From the IMG/VR virus record IMGVR_UViG_3300023272_000003, positions 1 through 58,118 of that record: 58,118 bases of DNA. One strand, given 5' to 3'. A model generated the notes under the pieces. It did no database searches and was not told where the DNA came from. It saw only the letters and a list, made by a program, of their open reading frames with translations. Below, piece by piece: positions 34,901-44,419 of the stretch (positions are counted from its first letter, which is position 1; the number at the start of each line of letters is the position of its first letter). A program made the translations under genes and the position numbers. This DNA is from a virus (Duplodnaviria > Caudoviricetes).

Positions 34901-35317
34901 CTACGCTGCTCTCTTCTGTGCAATAAGGCCAGATGCTATCAGATCTATGGCTTGTTCATGGGCTCTATCTATGTAATCCTCATCCGAAGCGAATGCCGCG
35001 AAGTGAAGGTGGAGAAGCTCATGCACGAGAGTTTTCTCCATATCCTGTGCGTGGATATGACCAGGAGGAAAGTCAATCGCATCCAGGATCGAAATGCAGG
35101 CTTCTTTTTTAGAGATTATCCATGCACATTCCCCTTGACGACTATCACCCATGTCTCGCGCCCTGCAAACAGACAGGGCGATAATCCACTCTTGCAAGCG
35201 CAGTGTCTCCTGCCACTGCCAGCAGAGCACCGTAAGTTCCTCTTTGGTGAGAATCACCTCTTTTGGTTCGTATCGTGGTATGGCAGTCTCCCTATCCAAA
35301 CTCAGACCCACCGCCAC
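34901..35317 (-). CDS. HExxH zinc metallopeptidase-like protein
   Basis: TLVHELLHLH and downstream E. Confidence 0.7.
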   Translation of the reverse strand: MAVGLSLDRETAIPRYEPKEVILTKEELTVLCWQWQETLRLQEWIIALSVCRARDMGDSRQGECAWIISKKEACISILDAIDFPPGHIHAQDMEKTLVHELLHLHFAAFASDEDYIDRAHEQAIDLIASGLIAQKRAA

Positions 35318-35690
35318 GGCGTAGCGGGCTGCTGGTTACACTCACAACGCCGATACCCCTCGCGTGACGGGCCAACTGCTCCAAGCGGTCTATCTCGGTC
35401 TGCGTGGCGTCCTTGAGGGCATCCAGCGCGGCAAAAGAGCCGGTGTTGTCTTCCGACACATCCGCCGATGTCCACTTGAGAATGCCTTCATACCGCCCGG
35501 AGAGAATACCGTTCTGGCACTCCCGCCGGGCATACTGATACGTCACCGCGATTCCCCCGAATGTCGTCAGGGCTTCCGCGATGCGCCAAATTATCGGCAT
35601 CATATCTATGCTCTGCTCCGCAGGTTGAGGGAACTCATTGCGGAGCAGAGTCAGATAATCAGTCTTGTCGGCTATCTGGGTATTTGCCAT
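35292..35690 (-). CDS. putative head-tail adaptor
   Basis: Helical, downstream of capsid. Confidence 0.5.
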   Translation of the reverse strand: MANTQIADKTDYLTLLRNEFPQPAEQSIDMMPIIWRIAEALTTFGGIAVTYQYARRECQNGILSGRYEGILKWTSADVSEDNTGSFAALDALKDATQTEIDRLEQLARHARGIGVVSVTSSPLRRGGGSEFG

Positions 35691-35824
35691 CGGTCAGCCT
35701 CACTTCTTCGGCGTCTTCGGGACAGAAACCCGTCCCGAAGGGATCGGGTTCGGCTTTACGCCCTGTACCGGCTTGGGATAGAGCGGCATGGGCTTGTCAC
35801 CTGTTGAGTTCGTGCCATATGCCA

Positions 35825-36145
35825 TTAGATCAACTGCCGCATGGCATCCTGCGGATTTACGAGCGTTCCATCGTTGTTGATCGCATGACCCCACGCGTTA
35901 CACAGCACGCCGTCAATCAGGATTCGCCCACCCGGCTTCGTTTCGTCGCGCGGATTGGCTTCGAGTTCCGCACTGATTTGCGCCTGCTCGATCTTGACCG
36001 CATTTGACAGCGCGGCGGGGCTGGTAGTGTCGAGCACACGAGGTACAGACTGTACAAGCGAGGCTTGGTCTGTCTCTTCCATTTCGTCTTCTGGCTCATT
36101 CTCAGCAGTAGACGCAGATTCTCGGTTGGTTGTGCCTCTTGGCAT
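35825..36145 (-). CDS. hypothetical protein after capsid gene
   Basis: AAAGGT RBS; DETKPGGR. Confidence 0.6.
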   Translation of the reverse strand: MPRGTTNRESASTAENEPEDEMEETDQASLVQSVPRVLDTTSPAALSNAVKIEQAQISAELEANPRDETKPGGRILIDGVLCNAWGHAINNDGTLVNPQDAMRQLI

Positions 36146-36203
36146 ATTCGTACCTTTCTGAGCAGAGCAGGGAAGAGTTGTTGCTCTCCCCTGCTTCTCG
36201 CCC

Positions 36204-37274
36204 TTAGTTGATGGTCGGACTCACGTAGGCACCAGCGGCCCCGGTGTCGATATAGAGCACTGCGCCGTTCGTGCGGTTCCATACCGATGCGCCGAACTCG
36301 GCTTCTAGGGTCTGCGCCCGCAGAGGGTAGTTCTCATCCTCTGCTGCGATCTGCAGCCCGGAAGAACCCTGGTCCCGCTCCCGCATTACCAACGGCACAG
36401 GCGCGCCTTCTACGTAGGCAAACAGATAGCCAGGGATAACCCACGGCTTAACCCACACCTCCGCATAGTTCGTACCGTAGTAGCCGATCATGCGGTTATT
36501 GATGTTCATGCGGTCGTACTCGCCATAGGTCGCGACAACGCTGGTAGGCTGCACGAACTGTACCGGTGTGATCGGGATGAAGCCAGACAACGCCCGCACC
36601 GCCGCCTCTTGGGCAGCGGCAATCTCTAACCGCACCTTGCCCTGCGCGTAGTGCTCGGTGACGGTCAAAATCAACGCCACCACATCGGCATTGGCTACCG
36701 AAGTCGAGGCCGTGTAGAGATAGTGCGTATGGGTACTGCCGTTGAAGGTCTCACCGTTCGGCCCGACAGGCACCTGCGAACCATCGGCGTTCAGAAATGC
36801 CTTGAGAGGCAAGGAGACGCTGTCAACAAGACGATCGATGAACGTGGCGTTCGTTCCGGTGAAGATGGCGCGCTTGATCTCGCGCTGCATCCGCATCAGG
36901 TAGGCGCGGCGTGCGTCAGTAAACTGCGCCTGCAACTGGTCCACTGTCGTGTTTTGCATGAACTTGCGCGTCCACTGAACGGAGATTTGGAACAGCCGAA
37001 GCGGAATGCCGATAGTGCTGCCGTTCGGAGTCTTCTGAGCGTCTGCCCGGTCAAACTCCGTTACCTCATCCATCACCATGCCGCCGCCCGCTCCGTACCG
37101 CCGCTGCCGGTCGGTCGTGATCTCCACGAAAGAACTGAGCAGATCGCGGGTGATGAGGTTGTTGGCCTGCCGGTCTACCTCCACATCCGCAAATGCCCGA
37201 TCCTCGCCGTACTGCGCAATGGTCTGCTGACTGGAGCGCAGGGTATCCGCAGAGCTAAGAGTTCCGTATGCCAT
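36204..37274 (-). CDS. major capsid protein
   Basis: 356 aa after scaffold and decoration genes; AAGGAG RBS; hairpin downstream. Confidence 0.8.
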   Translation of the reverse strand: MAYGTLSSADTLRSSQQTIAQYGEDRAFADVEVDRQANNLITRDLLSSFVEITTDRQRRYGAGGGMVMDEVTEFDRADAQKTPNGSTIGIPLRLFQISVQWTRKFMQNTTVDQLQAQFTDARRAYLMRMQREIKRAIFTGTNATFIDRLVDSVSLPLKAFLNADGSQVPVGPNGETFNGSTHTHYLYTASTSVANADVVALILTVTEHYAQGKVRLEIAAAQEAAVRALSGFIPITPVQFVQPTSVVATYGEYDRMNINNRMIGYYGTNYAEVWVKPWVIPGYLFAYVEGAPVPLVMRERDQGSSGLQIAAEDENYPLRAQTLEAEFGASVWNRTNGAVLYIDTGAAGAYVSPTIN

Positions 37275-37286
37275 TTCGTTAGCTCC

Positions 37287-37685
37287 TTATTCCCTGGTCG
37301 CCCAGACATGAATGCGGGTAGCGTCCACCGCGTATGCAACCGGCGTCAGGCCACCCGTCGAAGCCGCATCCGCCAATCCACCCGCCACTGTCCCCGAAAG
37401 ATAGTAGCGTGCTCCAGGCGTCAACGCGGCCCCATAGTTGAAATTCATGTCGAAGTAGCAACCGCACGCCTCATTGACAGAAGCCGCTTGGGGCGCGAAG
37501 CCGACGACTTTTGCCGCCGCATTGTTGGCCGCTCCGGTCGCCTTCCACAGTTTGCCATCCGATTTGATATAGAGGGCATCGCCTGCCGCGATAGCCTCAC
37601 CCGCCTTCAGACCGGGCAGGCGACAGTTAGGCGGAGGCTCAACCGAACACGGCGAAGGTGTTCCGCTCTTAGACAATTCAGCCAT
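37287..37685 (-). CDS. capsid decoration/cement protein
   Basis: AGEAIAAGDALYIKSDGK..LTPGARYYLS. Confidence 0.7.
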   Translation of the reverse strand: MAELSKSGTPSPCSVEPPPNCRLPGLKAGEAIAAGDALYIKSDGKLWKATGAANNAAAKVVGFAPQAASVNEACGCYFDMNFNYGAALTPGARYYLSGTVAGGLADAASTGGLTPVAYAVDATRIHVWATRE

Positions 37686-37715
37686 AAGTTAAACTCCTGT
37701 GAGTTAATATTCGTG

Positions 37716-38246
37716 TCAGAGTGCAGTGTATTCGCCACTCTTACGCAGTTCATCCACACGTTTGGCGATGGACTGCTTGGTATTGAGTCGGGGATGCTCA
37801 CCACCCTCCGCATTGGGAGCAGCAGGCGGTTTGAGATCCTTTGCGACTTCTGCGGCATCGGCATCAAGCTCTGCGGCAGTGGTTCCTTTTAGGCGATCAA
37901 TCCAACTTGCGGGCAGTTTGTGCTTATTGACCGCCTCGGCGCGCAGGAGGCGCATGTCACGCTCTGCCAACTGCTTCTCTGCCTCTTCTGCGCGGGTCTT
38001 AAATTCGGCCAACTGAGCGTCTTTCCGCTCCTGGTCGGTCATTTTCTCTTGTTCCAGAGCGCGAGTTTTCGCTTGCTCTTCGCGCAACTTCGTCCGGGCT
38101 TCTGCCGCCTCTTGACGCAACTGCTTGACGTGCTCCTCTGGGAACATCTTGGGCGGTTCTGCCGCAGGGGTCGGGGGCGTGGTGCCCGCCTGGGGCGTAG
38201 TTCCGGGTTCGGTCGCCGGGACCGTCGCAGGAGTGGTATCAGACAT
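37716..38246 (-). CDS. capsid scaffolding protein
   Basis: Pro/Thr N-terminus, LRQEAA coiled coil, LKG.T..EL.ADA. Confidence 0.8.
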   Translation of the reverse strand: MSDTTPATVPATEPGTTPQAGTTPPTPAAEPPKMFPEEHVKQLRQEAAEARTKLREEQAKTRALEQEKMTDQERKDAQLAEFKTRAEEAEKQLAERDMRLLRAEAVNKHKLPASWIDRLKGTTAAELDADAAEVAKDLKPPAAPNAEGGEHPRLNTKQSIAKRVDELRKSGEYTAL

Positions 38247-38282
38247 TGGGTAATGATCCTCTGCGGGCATCAGCCACGCAAC

Positions 38283-38308
38283 AAAAAAAGCGGCCCCTCG
38301 GAGGTCGC
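38283..38308 (-). terminator. intrinsic terminator-like hairpin
   Basis: GCGACC..GGCCGC followed by T7 on minus strand. Confidence 0.6.
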
Positions 38309-38362
38309 TAGGTGGTGGAATGAAAGGTTATTCGTAATACTGTGCAGAATCCGCCTTTATGC

Positions 38363-38830
38363 TTATTCCGGCATTTCGTTCAGAACGACCTGCTGTTTCA
38401 AAAGCGAGACCGTATTTTGGAATGCCTTCTCCAGCAGTTCAGGTGGCAGGTTAAGTGGATACACACTCCCGCTACGCGCCATCCCTGCCATAACGCAATC
38501 GGCTATGAAGTCCAGCACGTCAATGAGGTTCACGTTCTGTGGAATGCCGTCTTCTTGCAGTAGATGGTGCCGGTTCAACTTACGGTGGCGATCCCACCAG
38601 CCAGTTTGCACGAATCCAGTTACAAAGTCAGCATGGAACCCATCAATGTCTGTAATCTTGTCTGTGTCATGGTTCTGCGCAGACTTACCTACCTGAGCCA
38701 TAAAGAAGTCGAGTGCTTGGCGCACGTCGGAAATATGTTGCACGGAACTCGCCTGAAGCGTCTCCTTGCTGACGTTGGCGAAATCGCAGGTTCGCGTGTC
38801 TGCCGTTTCGCTCTTCCTTATGTAAATCAA
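38363..38830 (-). CDS. HD-like protein (DUF5662-type)
   Basis: H...HD.DK...H...NRHH...D.L..IAD pattern. Confidence 0.55.
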   Translation of the reverse strand: MIYIRKSETADTRTCDFANVSKETLQASSVQHISDVRQALDFFMAQVGKSAQNHDTDKITDIDGFHADFVTGFVQTGWWDRHRKLNRHHLLQEDGIPQNVNLIDVLDFIADCVMAGMARSGSVYPLNLPPELLEKAFQNTVSLLKQQVVLNEMPE

Positions 38831-38919
38831 TGTACCAGCCGCCTTTCTGTACTTAGCCCTGGTTTATTAGTTCAACACGGTATTACGAACAGCCGAATGA
38901 AATTGGGTGTTTTTGGCGA

Positions 38920-40407
38920 CTAGGCAGCCTGCTGGGTAGACTTGGTGCCCTGCTGGTTATCAGCACTACCCTGCACAACTACGGGCCGCTTCGCAGACTC
39001 TAAGCGCAATTGTCGCGCTTCCTGCTCGGCGTCTTCTTGGGCTTTGCGCTCCATGTACTCGCTGACCTCGTCTTCTTCCCAACCTTCGCGCTTTAGATAG
39101 AGATCAATGGGGCAGCCTGCTGTTACCGCCGCCTGTGCCGCCTGCCAGAACGCAAGGTTATCTTTGGCAATCTGCGCTTTGTCTGGTCGGCGTGGATCTC
39201 CGAATATCGCCGCTATGTTGGCGTCTTCGTTCAGATTCGCTTTCTGGTAGACGTTCGCGATCTCGGTTGCCCGATGCGCTACCGTCTGCCATGCGGCAGT
39301 AAACTTCTTGATCTGTCGCTGACACTTGCCTACCAGGGGCATCTCAGCGCGACCCAGGGCTTCACCAGAGGGCCAATCGCCTCCCGTGATGCTGTGAAGG
39401 GGTGTGCGGGTCATGCGTGAAACCGCCCGCATCTTCTCATTGTAAACCGCAATGAGTTGCGACATATCACCAGAAGGGAGGACGCCGAACCGCGCTTCAT
39501 TTGTCTCGCTACGGAGTATCTTTCCCGGCCCTATTTCTAATAGTGTCGGGTTGCCATCTTCGTCTCGAACATCACCCATGCCGGTCGCCGTCAGCATCTG
39601 GAATGCCGTCAGACGTGCCGCCGCGCTGATGTCGTACTGCAGGTCATTGATCTGGTCTTGAAAACCAATCACACCGCCTGCAAGCTCCGACACGCCATAA
39701 TTGGCTGGGCCGCGCCCACTGTTGGCAAAATGAATGATAGGGATATGAAGGGGCGAACCGTCTGCTTTCTCCCACGGCTGTATATAGTGCGATTCGCCTG
39801 GAAGAGGATACGGCGAGAACGTCAGGCCGCCCAATGCACCACCACCGCCCTCCGACACATACCGCTCTAGGCGATCCTCGTACCAGACAATACGCCGTGT
39901 CATCACCATGCCATCGATCAGGGCCTGCCAGTCCTTTACGGCATACAGAGGCTCCCCCTGCGCATCGTAGGCGATGAAGACACCGCTTTGCCCGTTCCAC
40001 CAGGGTTCCCGGTGGATACAGACGCGCTCATACTCTTCCGAGTAGGAAAGCGAGACAGCGTAGTTCCCATCACGAAGCGCCGCATAGTGCGTCTCGCCGC
40101 TCTCATCGTCCAGGTTGACCCGCGTCCACCAGTCGTCGAGCCATTCCTGAACGGCAGTGTCTTCGACTTGGAACCGGAGCAACTCCAGCCGGTCTGCGTC
40201 TTCGGCTATGATCTGGTGGCACACGTTGTCGGCAAAGTCGTTGCCCAAGAGCGCCTCAAGCAGCAACTCCTGCTCTGGCGTGAGGGTTCGCAACTGCGCG
40301 CCCAACGCGTACTCCCGATAGGTCTGGATCTTTTTCGCCTGCGTGCGCTCAAAGAACGTGCTACGGTCTATCTCTATCGCTTCGTGATCTGTTTCGATTT
40401 TCGCCAT
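38920..40407 (-). CDS. portal protein (SPP1 gp6-like)
   Basis: 495 aa after terminase; PIIHFAN, GVSEL, SGEAL motifs. Confidence 0.85.
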   Translation of the reverse strand: MAKIETDHEAIEIDRSTFFERTQAKKIQTYREYALGAQLRTLTPEQELLLEALLGNDFADNVCHQIIAEDADRLELLRFQVEDTAVQEWLDDWWTRVNLDDESGETHYAALRDGNYAVSLSYSEEYERVCIHREPWWNGQSGVFIAYDAQGEPLYAVKDWQALIDGMVMTRRIVWYEDRLERYVSEGGGGALGGLTFSPYPLPGESHYIQPWEKADGSPLHIPIIHFANSGRGPANYGVSELAGGVIGFQDQINDLQYDISAAARLTAFQMLTATGMGDVRDEDGNPTLLEIGPGKILRSETNEARFGVLPSGDMSQLIAVYNEKMRAVSRMTRTPLHSITGGDWPSGEALGRAEMPLVGKCQRQIKKFTAAWQTVAHRATEIANVYQKANLNEDANIAAIFGDPRRPDKAQIAKDNLAFWQAAQAAVTAGCPIDLYLKREGWEEDEVSEYMERKAQEDAEQEARQLRLESAKRPVVVQGSADNQQGTKSTQQAA

Positions 40408-40412
40408 AGAGA

Positions 40413-41783
40413 TTAGTATTCCGACTGCCGCCGCTGCTGCTTCGCCTTTGCGCTTCCGTAGGTGCTGACCGTGACTGTCTTGCTGCCACTCAGTTTATCG
40501 ACATAGGCCACTGCGTACCGCATCGTATCCATGCCGTGGTCGTACTCTTTTACCGGCTCTTCCTTGTTGGGTTTACCGTCAGCACCCTTTGCCCAGAGGT
40601 AGACCTCGAACTCCTGCTCGGTACAGGTTGGCTTCTTCTTATCAAGCAGTTCCTGATCGGGTTCGACCAATGCTCCCTCAAGCAAAAAAATACGGGCTTT
40701 ATTGTCGCCGGCAACCTTGAGCCTCTGTTGTACGGCCTGTATTCCGGGTGAAACTGACTTCCATGCCGCCACGGTCTGGATACCTGCGGCTTTCATCGTC
40801 GCGCGGTCCTCTGCATCATGGTCGGCTATCGTGGCTTCATAGTGCTCATTCCCAGACAGAGCGATAATCTGCTTGGTGAGGTCCGCAACGAGCCGCTGTG
40901 TCTGGTATATCTCCCTGTAGAGATACATCCGGCCATCGGGATCAATAGCCCACCACTGACAGCAGAAAGGGTTCGTGTACCCGAAGTCAATAGACCGGAT
41001 GCGCCGCCACTCTCGCGGTATCTCGAATGGCCGTCGCTTGATATGCAGTGCACGGTCAAACGCTTCGTAAACAGCGCCTTCCGCCTGTACCCACTTGCCG
41101 AGCCGCAAACGCTGATAACGTGAACCGGTCAGGCTGTCCAGAATGGCAAGCGACCGCACTCCCTGCGGGGTGATGTTCCCGGCCTCATCGAACAGCGTAG
41201 GATTGTCTTCGTGCCTGCTCTCCAGCAAGCGCAAGCCTTGCCGCGTCTTGATCCAGTGTGACGGCGGCCCAGGGTTGGCATCTCCAAACATACGCGTGTA
41301 GGGCATCACCGCGCCGCGCCCTGTACAGCGCGTCGTCAGCGTCTCCCAGTCCTCAAGAGTGAATTCCTCTGCCTGATTGACATAGAAGAAATCGCGCTCA
41401 GAAGACAACGCCTTGCCGGGATTGTCCAGGCCGATCACCCAGAGGCGCGAACCGTTCGGGTACTGGAACCACTCCGGCTTTTCGCCCCCATAGGCTTTAA
41501 TTGGGCTGTCGGGGCCGATCACACGAATAAAGGTTTTTATCGCACTTCCGACAAGGGAGGAATAGGTCTTGCGGGCCATAACTCCCTGTGCGCCAGGATA
41601 CTTCCACAACAGAGCGTCGATGTAGTTACAACAGCCCCAGGTCTTGCCGGTTTCGGCTGGGCCTGACACAATGGCTTCAAAGTCGCGAGTCTGCCACAAC
41701 TCCTTAACAGCACCGCGAGGGCAAAAACCTCCGGTCTCTCCCTCGCGCAGTTCTGCTATCTGGTATCGTGCTGTCTGAACCAT
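40413..41783 (-). CDS. terL: terminase large subunit
   Basis: GPAETGKT Walker A, ANPG, IDFGYTNP and DHGMDTMRY nuclease motifs. Confidence 0.93.
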   Translation of the reverse strand: MVQTARYQIAELREGETGGFCPRGAVKELWQTRDFEAIVSGPAETGKTWGCCNYIDALLWKYPGAQGVMARKTYSSLVGSAIKTFIRVIGPDSPIKAYGGEKPEWFQYPNGSRLWVIGLDNPGKALSSERDFFYVNQAEEFTLEDWETLTTRCTGRGAVMPYTRMFGDANPGPPSHWIKTRQGLRLLESRHEDNPTLFDEAGNITPQGVRSLAILDSLTGSRYQRLRLGKWVQAEGAVYEAFDRALHIKRRPFEIPREWRRIRSIDFGYTNPFCCQWWAIDPDGRMYLYREIYQTQRLVADLTKQIIALSGNEHYEATIADHDAEDRATMKAAGIQTVAAWKSVSPGIQAVQQRLKVAGDNKARIFLLEGALVEPDQELLDKKKPTCTEQEFEVYLWAKGADGKPNKEEPVKEYDHGMDTMRYAVAYVDKLSGSKTVTVSTYGSAKAKQQRRQSEY

Positions 41784-42278
41784 CTACAAGTCTTCCATCT
41801 TGACCCCGCTGATAATCTTCACAAACAAAGGCTTGTCGGGGTTGCCCGTGATTTCTTGGCTATCTCCCCAATCAGTCTTGCGTCGGCGTTTTAGCCATGA
41901 TTCTGCGGCGCGCCAATCGAACTCTTCAGCAGTATATTCAGTTTCCGTTACTTCTTCTAAAGCCACCGGCTCTTCGACCGTCGTGCCGTCGGGGTGTTTG
42001 ATCTTGCGAGTCTTAAAAATCGTTTTGACTGTTCGGCTTTTGTGGCCCGACTGAAAGCCGCCCGCAGCTTTTTTCATTACTTCGGAATACTCAGCCTCAC
42101 ACTGAGCTTCTGCCTGCGTAACAGCATTGCAAAACTCTGCAAAACTCTTCAACCAACGAGTGAAAGTAGAATAATCAATGCCAACACATTCAGCCGAAGC
42201 AGCACGCGAAACGCCTTGACTCAAAGCCCTTACGATAGCCGCAGCCTTTTCATCGCTATATTTAGTAGGTCTTGGCAT
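41784..42278 (-). CDS. terS: terminase small subunit
   Basis: RPTKY, HTH, DWRAAESWLKRR; directly upstream of terL. Confidence 0.8.
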   Translation of the reverse strand: MPRPTKYSDEKAAAIVRALSQGVSRAASAECVGIDYSTFTRWLKSFAEFCNAVTQAEAQCEAEYSEVMKKAAGGFQSGHKSRTVKTIFKTRKIKHPDGTTVEEPVALEEVTETEYTAEEFDWRAAESWLKRRRKTDWGDSQEITGNPDKPLFVKIISGVKMEDL

Positions 42279-42382
42279 ATTTGCACTCACAAATCAGAAG
42301 CCCGCAGGGAGCGGGGCGAGTACGCTCAACCTGCGGGCGCGTGCTGACGTGGAGGGGTCGGCACAGGGTGGGTAAGTTGTTC

Positions 42383-42518
42383 TGTGCGGGTCAGATTTGC
42401 ACTGACCGGGTGGTACCTTCCCACCGAGGTTTTCCCTCGGCATACCCCCGTAGGACGCCAACGCTGATGTACCTACCACCGTCGAAGCCGCTGTGTATCG
42501 CGAACACACCGCCGCACA
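42383..42518 (-). ncRNA. tRNA-like RNA 1
   Basis: TGTGCGG/CCGCACA 7-bp stem, D-like arm, GTCAG-TGCAAAT-CTGAC T-arm, large insert replacing anticodon arm. Confidence 0.55.
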
Positions 42519-42531
42519 AGGTTAAAAGTTG

Positions 42532-42668
42532 TCAGTAGTCCAGAATCACCGAATGGCTACGGCCCGCACTGGATGCTCCGCCAGAGTAGAGCGGGGTCGT
42601 CAACCTATGGCAGACGACTGGCGGATCGTAAGGTGATCCCCTGCGTGTCCTATCCACGCCGCTACTGA
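42532..42668 (-). ncRNA. tRNA-like RNA 2
   Basis: TCAGTAG/CTACTGA 7-bp stem, GCGTG-GATAGGA-CACGC D-like arm, TCCAG/CTGGA stem abutting acceptor. Confidence 0.5.
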
Positions 42669-42670
42669 TC

Positions 42671-42707
42671 GAAAGCAAAAGCCCCCAGCGGTTAGGCGGA
42701 GGGCTTC
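42671..42707 (-). terminator. intrinsic terminator in late leader
   Basis: AAGCCC...GGGCTTTTGCTTTC. Confidence 0.6.
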
Positions 42708-42719
42708 ACAGAAAGGGAA

Positions 42720-42800
42720 GGGGACTTAGTTCGTCTCTCACGACTACAGGAATTTCGCCTGCATGTAGCCGGTCTCAGTTAAGCCCGGCATTCCGTCCCC
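42720..42800 (-). ncRNA. multi-stem leader RNA
   Basis: GGGGAC/GTCCCC closing stem with three internal hairpins. Confidence 0.45.
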
Positions 42801-42838
42801 ACATTTTCAGCAGAGGACACGTAGTCCTCTCACCAGTA

Positions 42839-42867
42839 AGTATAGCCGGTTTTCTCATGGGATGCAA
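42839..42867 (-). promoter_or_regulatory. late promoter
   Basis: TTGCAT-17-TATACT. Confidence 0.7.
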
Positions 42868-42913
42868 TAGGTTTTATAAGCGCAATTAATTATTTTTCAG
42901 AGATTTATCAGAT

Positions 42914-43408
42914 TCAGGCCGCCTCTCGCTCCTCAATCTCCCGCAATTTGCCTTCCACCCTGCGGGAGAGGATGCGCCCCAGTTTGTTCAACTCGCGCCC
43001 TAGAGCCTGCTGGGCAGTAACATCTTCCTTTGCCATCGCGGTATCACCCCGCTCTGCAATGTAGGTGAACCGCTCTTCGATCAGGTGCGAGGGGGTGAAG
43101 TCCAGAGTCACGACCGGAGTCGCGTTCGCAATGATCTGGGCTTCTGCCGCGTCGTAAGCGTCATTCAGTCGCTTTAGGATCGATTTGCACTGTGACGCTT
43201 TGACCTGCGGCGAGATCCTGGCGCAAAGTTGCTCTACCGTGTAGGGCGGCTCATCTCCCTGCCCCCAATGGGATAGAACGAACATCTGATAATCACGCCC
43301 GGTGAACAACTTCCGCGCCAATTCCCGGCTCTGGAGTTCACAGAGGGTCGGCTTGCGCTTGCGTGGCCTCCCACCGGTTCGTAGTCGCATATTCTCATTG
43401 TCTGCCAT
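42914..43408 (-). CDS. putative late transcriptional regulator (sigma region 4-like)
   Basis: LFTGRDYQMFVLSHWG..PYTVEQL; GGRPRK hook; last early gene before late promoter. Confidence 0.5.
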   Translation of the reverse strand: MADNENMRLRTGGRPRKRKPTLCELQSRELARKLFTGRDYQMFVLSHWGQGDEPPYTVEQLCARISPQVKASQCKSILKRLNDAYDAAEAQIIANATPVVTLDFTPSHLIEERFTYIAERGDTAMAKEDVTAQQALGRELNKLGRILSRRVEGKLREIEEREAA

Positions 43409-43433
43409 CTTGCGCTATCCTTTCGTGTTCGCC

Positions 43434-43736
43434 CTATTTGATCATCTGAGAGAAAAAGCCATGTTGACGTAGATGATCCTCGCCTGACTGCTGGTCTGGC
43501 ATCCAGTGTCCACAGAGGCAAGTAACACCGCTGTAGGGGTCCATTTCGTCCCAGTTGAACCCATGCGCCTTGTATTCCAACGTCGGGAGCATTTCAGTCA
43601 GATTGATCAAAAGAGCATCTTGATCCGCCTGTGAAAGTTGCCCACACCAATGGTAGAATCCGGGGTATCTTCGGAAAACATTAAGCACCTTTTGCGCTTC
43701 ATGCTCGGCCATGCTCATATCACACTTTTCCATCAC
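43434..43736 (-). CDS. hypothetical protein
   Basis: AAGGAGG RBS. Confidence 0.55.
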   Translation of the reverse strand: MMEKCDMSMAEHEAQKVLNVFRRYPGFYHWCGQLSQADQDALLINLTEMLPTLEYKAHGFNWDEMDPYSGVTCLCGHWMPDQQSGEDHLRQHGFFSQMIK

Positions 43737-43757
43737 GCTGCCTCCTTCACCTTCGCC

Positions 43758-44120
43758 CTATGCCTCTTCGGTGTCGCCCGTATCTGCCTCATCCGTCTGG
43801 AAGAGGATCTGCGTAACCCCATCATCTCCGCCCATAGTCCAATGTAGCACGCTCGAACGCTCACAAAGCGCCGCTGCTTCGAGGAACCTTTGCCGAAACG
43901 CGTCTCCCCGGTCGCTCTCTTCCCACCCCTCTTTGCTCCCATCCGGGCCTAAGAGCCACGTCTGGCATTGACCGTTGACCATCAGGAGCGAAGGGCCGGA
44001 AATGGTCTTACCGAAAACCGGATCTTGCTGCAGTGCTTCCATCGCCTGAATCGCTTCCCGAAACCCCTTCCCCCATTCAGGCAGATGCGCGACGACGAAC
44101 TGATTGAAAATGTATCCCAC
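43758..44120 (-). CDS. hypothetical protein
   Basis: GGGAGG RBS. Confidence 0.65.
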   Translation of the reverse strand: MGYIFNQFVVAHLPEWGKGFREAIQAMEALQQDPVFGKTISGPSLLMVNGQCQTWLLGPDGSKEGWEESDRGDAFRQRFLEAAALCERSSVLHWTMGGDDGVTQILFQTDEADTGDTEEA

Positions 44121-44131
44121 ACCGCGCCTCC

Positions 44132-44419
44132 CTATTTGATCGGCTTCAGAGTAGCCTCATAAGCCTCCACACGTTTACGCCATTCCTCTTTTAACAGCGT
44201 AAGCGTTCCAAGAGCCACGGCAGTATATTCTGGGTCATCGCCAGGATTAACTACCATTGCCTCCATAAACATCTCCATAAACTTCAAGGCTTCCTTATGC
44301 CCGAATAGGCGCGCATGTTCGTACACAGTCAAGTCAGGTTTGTCCACCGTCGCACCTCCTATCTCCACTCCGCGCACCCATTTTGATGAGGACCAGCGTG
44401 CCCCTTTTGAAGCCTGCAA
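44132..44419 (-). CDS. hypothetical protein (start uncertain)
   Basis: In run of small leftward ORFs. Confidence 0.5.
   Translation of the reverse strand: MQASKGARWSSSKWVRGVEIGGATVDKPDLTVYEHARLFGHKEALKFMEMFMEAMVVNPGDDPEYTAVALGTLTLLKEEWRKRVEAYEATLKPIK

Noticed and set aside
36651-38696. Long plus-strand ORFs (413 aa, 258 aa) and similar ones at 152..955 and 55047..55838
   Set aside because: Antisense shadows of well-supported genes in GC-rich DNA; no RBS or motifs.
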